Source: Nitrospinaceae bacterium (GTDB lineage: Bacteria > Nitrospinota > Nitrospinia > Nitrospinales > VA-1). Taken from it: DNA of 12,054 nucleotides. Within the stretch, counting starts at the first letter, position 1. Every line of letters begins with the position of its first letter. A model generated the notes under the pieces. That model ran no database searches. It saw only the letters and a program-made list of their open reading frames with translations, and was not told where the DNA came from. The stretch is taken from positions 1 through 12,054 of the forward strand of contig JBHHVU010000078.1 in the NCBI GenBank assembly GCA_046754465.1. The letters run 5' to 3'. Position numbers and translations under genes: made by a program. Shown here one piece after another: positions 7,273 to 12,054 of this stretch.

Positions 7273-8466
7273 TTATTGAAGTTTATTGAGGGCTTCGGCG
7301 ATTCGGTCCAACCCTTTCCCGATATTTTCAACCGAAGTGGCGAAGGATAACCTGGAATGGCCATCGGCGCCAAAGGCGGCTCCCGGAACGAGCGCGACCT
7401 GGCCTTCCCGCAAAAGAAACTTATTCAACTCGATCGACCCCTGCAAGGGTTGGCCCTGAAAGGTTTTCCCGTAAAACCCGGAAAAATCCGGAAACGCGTA
7501 AAAGGCCCCCACCGGACGAAAACACGAGAGACCGGGGATCCGGGAAATGCGTTGTATCACGATATCACGTCTTTTTCGGAATTCCTCCGCCATTCTGGTG
7601 ACCTGGTCCTGGGGACCCGTCAACGCTTCGATGCAGGCGGCTTGGGAAATGGAAGTGGGATTCGATGTGCTCTGTCCCTGGAGTTTGGTGATCTGGGCGG
7701 CGATTTCCCGTTCCGCCGCGAGAAATCCGATGCGCCAGCCTGTCATGGCATAGCTCTTAGAAACCCCGTTGATGACCACGCAATTCTTTTGCGCCTCCGG
7801 ACTGAACGATGCCACGCTGGTGTGTTGAAACTCATCGAAGGTTATTTTTTCATAAATTTCGTCGGATACGATTAAAATCCGGTTTTTCAAGGCCCATTCC
7901 GCCAAGTCTTCCAGCTCCTTTTGGGTGTAGGCCGCGCCGGTGGGGTTGCACGGACTGTTTAGAATGAGGGCGCGGGAACGCGGCGTCACCACCTCCTGCA
8001 GTTGTTGCGGTGTGACCTTGAATTGTTCCTCCGCGGTAGTGGGAACGAGCACCGGCAGGGCGCCCGCGAACCGGACAATTTCCGGATAAGATACCCAATA
8101 GGGAGCGGGAATGATCACTTCGTCCCCTTCCTCCCAAAGCGCCTGGGCCAGGTTGAAAAAGGAGTGTTTCGCCCCGCAAGAGACAACAATTTGATCCTTC
8201 CGGTAAACCAACCCGTTATCCCTTTTAAATTTATGGAGGATAGCTTCCTTTAACGCCTCTGTTCCACCGACGGGGGTGTAATGCGTGTCGTTGTTTTGAA
8301 TCGCATCGATCCCCGCCTGTTTGATGTTTTGAGGAGTATCGAAGTCCGGTTCACCCGCTCCAAACCCAATAACATCCTGCCCCTGGGCTTTCAATTCCTG
8401 GGCCATGACACTGATATCAAGGGTCATGGAAGGCTTAACCCTTTGAATGCGCTGGGAGAATTTCAT
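7273..8466 (-). CDS. aspC: PLP-dependent aminotransferase class I/II (aspartate aminotransferase)
   Basis: GAGEPDF, PAPYWVSY, NSPCNPTG, SDEIY and SKSYAMTGWRIG (PLP lysine) motifs. ATGA overlap with coaD. Confidence 0.93.
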   Translation of the reverse strand: MKFSQRIQRVKPSMTLDISVMAQELKAQGQDVIGFGAGEPDFDTPQNIKQAGIDAIQNNDTHYTPVGGTEALKEAILHKFKRDNGLVYRKDQIVVSCGAKHSFFNLAQALWEEGDEVIIPAPYWVSYPEIVRFAGALPVLVPTTAEEQFKVTPQQLQEVVTPRSRALILNSPCNPTGAAYTQKELEDLAEWALKNRILIVSDEIYEKITFDEFQHTSVASFSPEAQKNCVVINGVSKSYAMTGWRIGFLAAEREIAAQITKLQGQSTSNPTSISQAACIEALTGPQDQVTRMAEEFRKRRDIVIQRISRIPGLSCFRPVGAFYAFPDFSGFYGKTFQGQPLQGSIELNKFLLREGQVALVPGAAFGADGHSRLSFATSVENIGKGLDRIAEALNKLQ

Positions 8467-8951
8467 GATAAATCGATTTCCTTGAATCCCTGGATGACAA
8501 TCGGGGGAACCAGGTTGGAAATTTCTCCCCCGTGTTTGGCGATCTCCTTGACCAGATTGGAACTCAGGAAGGAATATTCCTGGCTGGGAATCATGAAAAG
8601 GGTTTCCAGCTTTTCATCCAGGGTGCGGTTCATTAGGGCCATTTGCAGTTCAAACTCGAAATCGGTGACCGCCCTCAATCCTTTGATCAAAACCGTGGCA
8701 TTTTTCGATTGGGCAAAATGGATCAACAGGCAGTTGAAAGGAATCACTTCGAGGTTCTTAAAACCTTGGGTCGCTTCTGAAATAAAATTCACCCGTTGGT
8801 CCAAGGGGAACAAAGGAATTTTCTTGGGATTGAGGGCCACGGCAACGATGACCCGGTCGAACAAACGGAGTGCCCGGTTCATGATGTCAATATGACCGTT
8901 GGTCACGGGATCGAAGGTGCCTGGATATATAGCGATTCGTTCTTTTTTCAT
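8463..8951 (-). CDS. coaD: Phosphopantetheine adenylyltransferase
   Basis: AIYPGTFDPVTNGHIDI, KGLRAVTDFEFELQMALMNR and SFLSSNLVKEIA motifs; 162 aa. Confidence 0.98.
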   Translation of the reverse strand: MKKERIAIYPGTFDPVTNGHIDIMNRALRLFDRVIVAVALNPKKIPLFPLDQRVNFISEATQGFKNLEVIPFNCLLIHFAQSKNATVLIKGLRAVTDFEFELQMALMNRTLDEKLETLFMIPSQEYSFLSSNLVKEIAKHGGEISNLVPPIVIQGFKEIDLS

Positions 8952-9380
8952 GGTCGGTTGTATGGGAAAAACGCTGGATTATAGCGTTTATTCACAAATT
9001 CTCAAGTTAAAAGTCCGTTGGGATTCTTCCCCGGCGCTCCACTTCTTTGGCGGGATAATTAAAGCATTACCCCCCCCGAGCCCCTGAACCACATATTGCA
9101 CGAATCGAATGATAACCGGAACGTGAAATCTGTTCGAGACCCTCACCTCAATCCGCCACCCCGCGGGTGCTCCCTGAGGGGCGTTCCATGAGGTTTTTGG
9201 TTTCCCTTTTTTGTTCATGCAATAACCGGTTTAACAGAAAATTTTCCGGAGAAGGGAGGAAAAAGTTTTTCGGGGAAAGTATACCGTGAAGCAGGGGGGG
9301 CCAATGACCGGTGTTTTCGTACGGGGAAAAATTTTGCAGCTTAAGGGAAAGAAAAAAGGGGGGACGCGGGAGGAAAAGAA

Positions 9381-11138
9381 TCAAGCCGAGTGAATGGACA
9401 GTTCCTTCATTTTCCTCCATAGAGTGGCCCGCGAAATGCTCAGCTCCTTTGCGGTCAGCGTCTTGTTCCAGCGATTTCTATGCAGGCTGTCCAGGATTTT
9501 TTTCCGGATGGGGTTCTGATGGCTGGGCTCGGCCTCAGGTTGGACGGGGGAAATGTCCCGCGGGGCGGGTTTCTTGATTTTTATGGACAGGGGAAGGTCC
9601 TTGACTTGAAGGGTGTCCGATTCGCACAGAATGGTTGCTCTTTCGATCACGTTGCGCAATTCACGGATATTGCCCGGCCATGAATATTCCTTGAGCAACA
9701 TTCCGGCGGCCTTGGATATTTTGCGGATATTTTTGTTTTGGATGCCGGCGAATTCCCGGAGAAAGTGGTCGGCCAGCAATAGTACATCGTCATCACGCTC
9801 CCTGAGAGGAGGGGTCTGGATTTTGAAAACATGGATGCGGTAGAACAGGTCCTGACGGAATTTTTTCTCCAGCACCAGGTCTTCAATATTACGGTGGGTG
9901 GCCGTAATGACCCGGACATCAACCTTTTTACTCCGGGTACTGCCGAGTTTCCGGATTTCCCCATCCTGCAGGACCCGCAGGAGTTTCACCTGGGTCCCGA
10001 TGGATAATTCACCGATCTCATCAAGAAAAATCGTCCCCCCATCCGCCGCCTCGAACAGGCCGGTCGTTTCCGTATCCGCTCCCGTAAAAGCCCCCTTGGT
10101 ATGCCCAAACAATTCCGAATCCAGAAGGGTCTCCGGCAGGGCACCACAATTGATGGTGACAAACGGTTTGTTGGCCCGGGGACTGAGTTCCTGAATGGCC
10201 CGGGCAATAAGTTCCTTCCCTGTTCCCGTATCCCCCTGAATGAAAACCACGGTATTGAGGCGGCTGATCTTTTCAACTCCCTCCAGAACCCTTCGGATGG
10301 CCGGGGACTCGCCAAGGATATTCTTAAAAGCGCCCTCTCCCCGTTCCCGGGCCTGCTTGATCCGTTCCAGCTCTTGGGATTTCGCTTCAAGTTCCAGGAC
10401 CAAGGAAAGGTCCCGGACAATGTTGATTCCCGCGAAGGGTTGCCCATCCTGGTCCTTGATAGGATAGGCGGTGATTTCCAGGGACAATTCCTTTTTATCG
10501 CCATTTTTTTGTTGAACCACGAACCGGTTGGGCTTTCCCCAGGAACCATTGGACCCTCCGTTTTGCCCTTGCTTGAAATGCATGTAAGGGGTGGGATCGC
10601 TAAACCACCTTTTGTGCAGGGGGCTTTGAAAAAGGACGTTGCGCCTGGTATCATAAACGCATACAGCATCACCAATCCCCGAAAGAATCGACTCCATCAT
10701 GGTGTTTTCTTCCTGAAGTGCCCTTTCCAGTTCCTTCATCTTCTGGATGCCAATGAAATGTCCCTGAAGGTAATATTCCTCCTTTTGCAAACGCGTGATT
10801 TCGCAGGATAACTGGCAATATTTCAGCAGGGAGAAATCCGGGTTCAAGGTAATCTCGAATTCCTGAATTTTACCGTTTTTTTCGAGTTCCTTGAGGAAAA
10901 TACCGAGTTGATCGGCTTGGGCGAAAATTGAGCGAAAAAAATCCTCCACCCGCTGGTTGGCGGGAATTTCGGAAGTTTTCCGGCTTCTCAAATTGTTTTT
11001 TACGAACTCCATTCGAACGTTCCGGAAATCCATGGGATCGGCAAAGGATTCAGTAAAGAACACAAAAGGGAACGCGGATTCAAGAACGGTGAGCGGTTTC
11101 CGGGTATCCATGGTTGTAGGATTTTTCCTACAAAACAT
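9381..11138 (-). CDS. sigma54-dependent transcriptional activator (PAS + AAA+ + Fis-HTH)
   Basis: Walker A GDTGTGKE, ELFGH, GAFTGA, FLDEIGE, FRQDLFYRI, WPGNIRELRN and a C-terminal HTH (WNKTLTAKELSISRATLWRKM). PAS/PAC segment ILSGIGDAVCVYD...ITAYPIKDQDGQ...NIVRD. No receiver domain. The start may be the ATG at 11111. Confidence 0.96.
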   Translation of the reverse strand: MFCRKNPTTMDTRKPLTVLESAFPFVFFTESFADPMDFRNVRMEFVKNNLRSRKTSEIPANQRVEDFFRSIFAQADQLGIFLKELEKNGKIQEFEITLNPDFSLLKYCQLSCEITRLQKEEYYLQGHFIGIQKMKELERALQEENTMMESILSGIGDAVCVYDTRRNVLFQSPLHKRWFSDPTPYMHFKQGQNGGSNGSWGKPNRFVVQQKNGDKKELSLEITAYPIKDQDGQPFAGINIVRDLSLVLELEAKSQELERIKQARERGEGAFKNILGESPAIRRVLEGVEKISRLNTVVFIQGDTGTGKELIARAIQELSPRANKPFVTINCGALPETLLDSELFGHTKGAFTGADTETTGLFEAADGGTIFLDEIGELSIGTQVKLLRVLQDGEIRKLGSTRSKKVDVRVITATHRNIEDLVLEKKFRQDLFYRIHVFKIQTPPLRERDDDVLLLADHFLREFAGIQNKNIRKISKAAGMLLKEYSWPGNIRELRNVIERATILCESDTLQVKDLPLSIKIKKPAPRDISPVQPEAEPSHQNPIRKKILDSLHRNRWNKTLTAKELSISRATLWRKMKELSIHSA

Positions 11139-11146
11139 AAGTCATT

Positions 11147-11175
11147 ATCTTAATTGAGGTTACAGGCTAATTCAA
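11147..11175 (-). promoter_or_regulatory. Candidate sigma70 promoter of the activator gene
   Basis: Minus strand TTGAAT (11175-11170), 17 nt spacer, TAAGAT (11152-11147). Confidence 0.4.
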
Positions 11176-11412
11176 GAAATCCTGTATAGCATAACCGCGG
11201 GAATATGGGAATTTTTTTTTCAAAAATTAACAGCAATTTTCTATATTACCTTGATTTTCCGACCCAGATACCGCTTTTCCGTGAATAAGCCACGAAATCG
11301 CTCCTGGAAATTTGGAAACGAATTCGGACTGCGGATATTTACAGGAAATTGGCAAAAGGTGAACTTTTCATCTCCTCAAGCTCGCACCACCTTCAAGAAC
11401 TCTCCTTGAATT

Positions 11413-11464
11413 AAACGATTTGTTTCAACAAAACCATTTGTTTCACTATGAAACGTTTTGATCA
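11413..11464. promoter_or_regulatory. Upstream activator sequence (bEBP enhancer)
   Basis: Palindrome GTTTCA-CTA-TGAAAC (11440-11454). Near-identical direct repeats AAACGATTTGTTTCA (11413) and AAACCATTTGTTTCA (11431), plus a degenerate third copy AAACGTTTTGATCA (11451). About 130 bp upstream of the predicted sigma54 start. Confidence 0.65.
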
Positions 11465-11500
11465 CCTTCCTGGGAATTTTCAGGGTTGCCGAGGGTCATG

Positions 11501-11513
11501 CAACCTTTTGTTA
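11501..11513 (-). promoter_or_regulatory. IHF-like site
   Basis: Minus strand TAACAAAAGGTTG has one mismatch to WATCAANNNNTTR and lies between the enhancer and the -24/-12 promoter. Confidence 0.4.
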
Positions 11514-11552
11514 GTAAAGGATTAATTGCTTATTTTTGGAGGGGGGTCCTGC

Positions 11553-11568
11553 TGGCATATTATTTGCT
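11553..11568 (+). promoter_or_regulatory. sigma54 (-24/-12) promoter P1
   Basis: TGGCAT-ATTAT-TTGCT with exact GG-N10-GC spacing, near consensus TGGCAC-N5-TTGCW, pointing toward the gene at 12003. Confidence 0.85.
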
Positions 11569-11615
11569 AATCAAGGGAGACCACAAAAGATAGGTACGGG
11601 GTCTTTTTGCCTGAT

Positions 11616-11631
11616 TGGCATCGGTTGTGCT
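11616..11631 (+). promoter_or_regulatory. Second sigma54-like promoter P2
   Basis: TGGCAT-CGGTT-GTGCT with GG-N10-GC spacing, 63 bp downstream of P1. Confidence 0.5.
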
Positions 11632-11708
11632 CCGGAGGGGCCGGGTTTTTGCGCAACTTGCTGAATATACTGAATATTTCTTGAAATGTTCTCCTTCGTT
11701 CCGTTTTG

Positions 11709-11789
11709 GGTTCCAGGATTTAATCAGAGTTTGGGACTTGCCCTCCCTTCCCTGCCTAGTGGCGGGGGCTCTGATTAAGTTTTGGAGCT
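11709..11789 (+). ncRNA. Structured RNA element in the 5' leader (three-way junction)
   Basis: 11712-11730 pairs uninterrupted with 11768-11786 (19 bp including 4 G-U), extendable to 11709/11789. It encloses two small hairpins (11733-11747 and 11750-11767) and is followed by U-rich tracts. Confidence 0.55.
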
Positions 11790-12002
11790 GTTTTGGCTGG
11801 TTTTTGTTTTAGCTGTTTTTGTTGCTTTGAAAGAAATGTGGTGAATTGAAAAAGTTAGAAAGGGGGGATTGTTTTTCAGGGCGCTTCAGAGCGCCGCCAA
11901 TGAATTGCAAGTGAGGTTTTAAGTTGAAAACGGGTTGGCGGAGGTTTTCTGTCCGGCCCTATTTTTGCTCTCGTTGAAACCATTAATCAAGGAGGTTTCT
12001 TT

Positions 12003-12054
12003 ATGAGGTTAAACAGAAGGAAATTCTTGCAGGTGAGCGCTGGTGTAGCGACTG
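12003..12054 (+). CDS. nxrA: Tat-exported protein, probable periplasmic nitrite oxidoreductase alpha subunit (5' end only)
   Basis: AAGGAGG SD (11989-11995) lies 7 nt before the ATG. MRLNRRKFLQVSAGVAT contains a twin-arginine motif (NRRKFL). It matches my recollection of the Nitrospina NxrA N-terminus, and the adjacent sigma54 activator fits. Only 17 codons are visible, so the Tat call is firm and the nxrA identity is moderate. Confidence 0.65.
   Translation, partial: MRLNRRKFLQVSAGVAT

Noticed and set aside
6947..7279. 110-aa plus-strand ORF between the BFD-like gene and aspC
   Set aside because: Overlaps both neighbours and has no motifs; probably non-coding.
8988..9420. Two short minus-strand ORFs upstream of coaD (possible rsmD remnant)
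   Set aside because: No methyltransferase motifs, no convincing SD and low-complexity composition.
9986..10811. 229-aa and 236-aa ORFs overlapping the activator
   Set aside because: Off-frame and antisense shadows of a well-supported gene.
9381..11138. Calling the activator NifA or NtrC
   Set aside because: No GAF or receiver domain and no nif or gln genes in view; only the shared AAA+ core matches.
11615..11812. 65-aa ORF in the leader region
   Set aside because: Non-ATG start without an SD; it overlaps promoter motif P2 and the RNA stem, and its composition simply reflects the G/T skew.
1..12054. CRISPR array, tRNA/rRNA, transposase or integrase
   Set aside because: No regularly spaced repeats, cloverleaf or recombinase motifs were seen.

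Overview
Bacterial chromosomal window, most likely from a Nitrospina-like (Nitrospinota) nitrite oxidiser. This assignment is an inference from recalled protein similarities, not a database result. The left end (1-~1770) is an AT-richer cluster of minus-strand toxin-antitoxin genes: higB-higA, an orphan XRE-HTH gene, then phd-type antitoxin-vapC (truncated by the edge), with clear promoters and operator palindromes. The middle holds a putative GT-C-type membrane protein, a hairpin-rich intergenic stretch, a small basic protein, a lipoprotein with two tandem CcmI/CycH C-terminal-like domains, lnt, a BFD-like [2Fe-2S] protein, and coaD with an aspartate aminotransferase. At the right end a PAS-type sigma54 enhancer-binding protein (GAFTGA intact, no receiver domain) is transcribed divergently from a Tat-signal gene starting at 12003 (MRLNRRKFLQVSAGVAT...), which I recognise as probable periplasmic nitrite oxidoreductase nxrA. 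The intervening ~860 bp is the most interesting part: a repeated enhancer motif, an IHF-like site, two -24/-12 promoter motifs 63 bp apart, and a ~360-420 nt leader with a strand-specific (G-U-rich) three-way-junction RNA structure followed by U-tracts.
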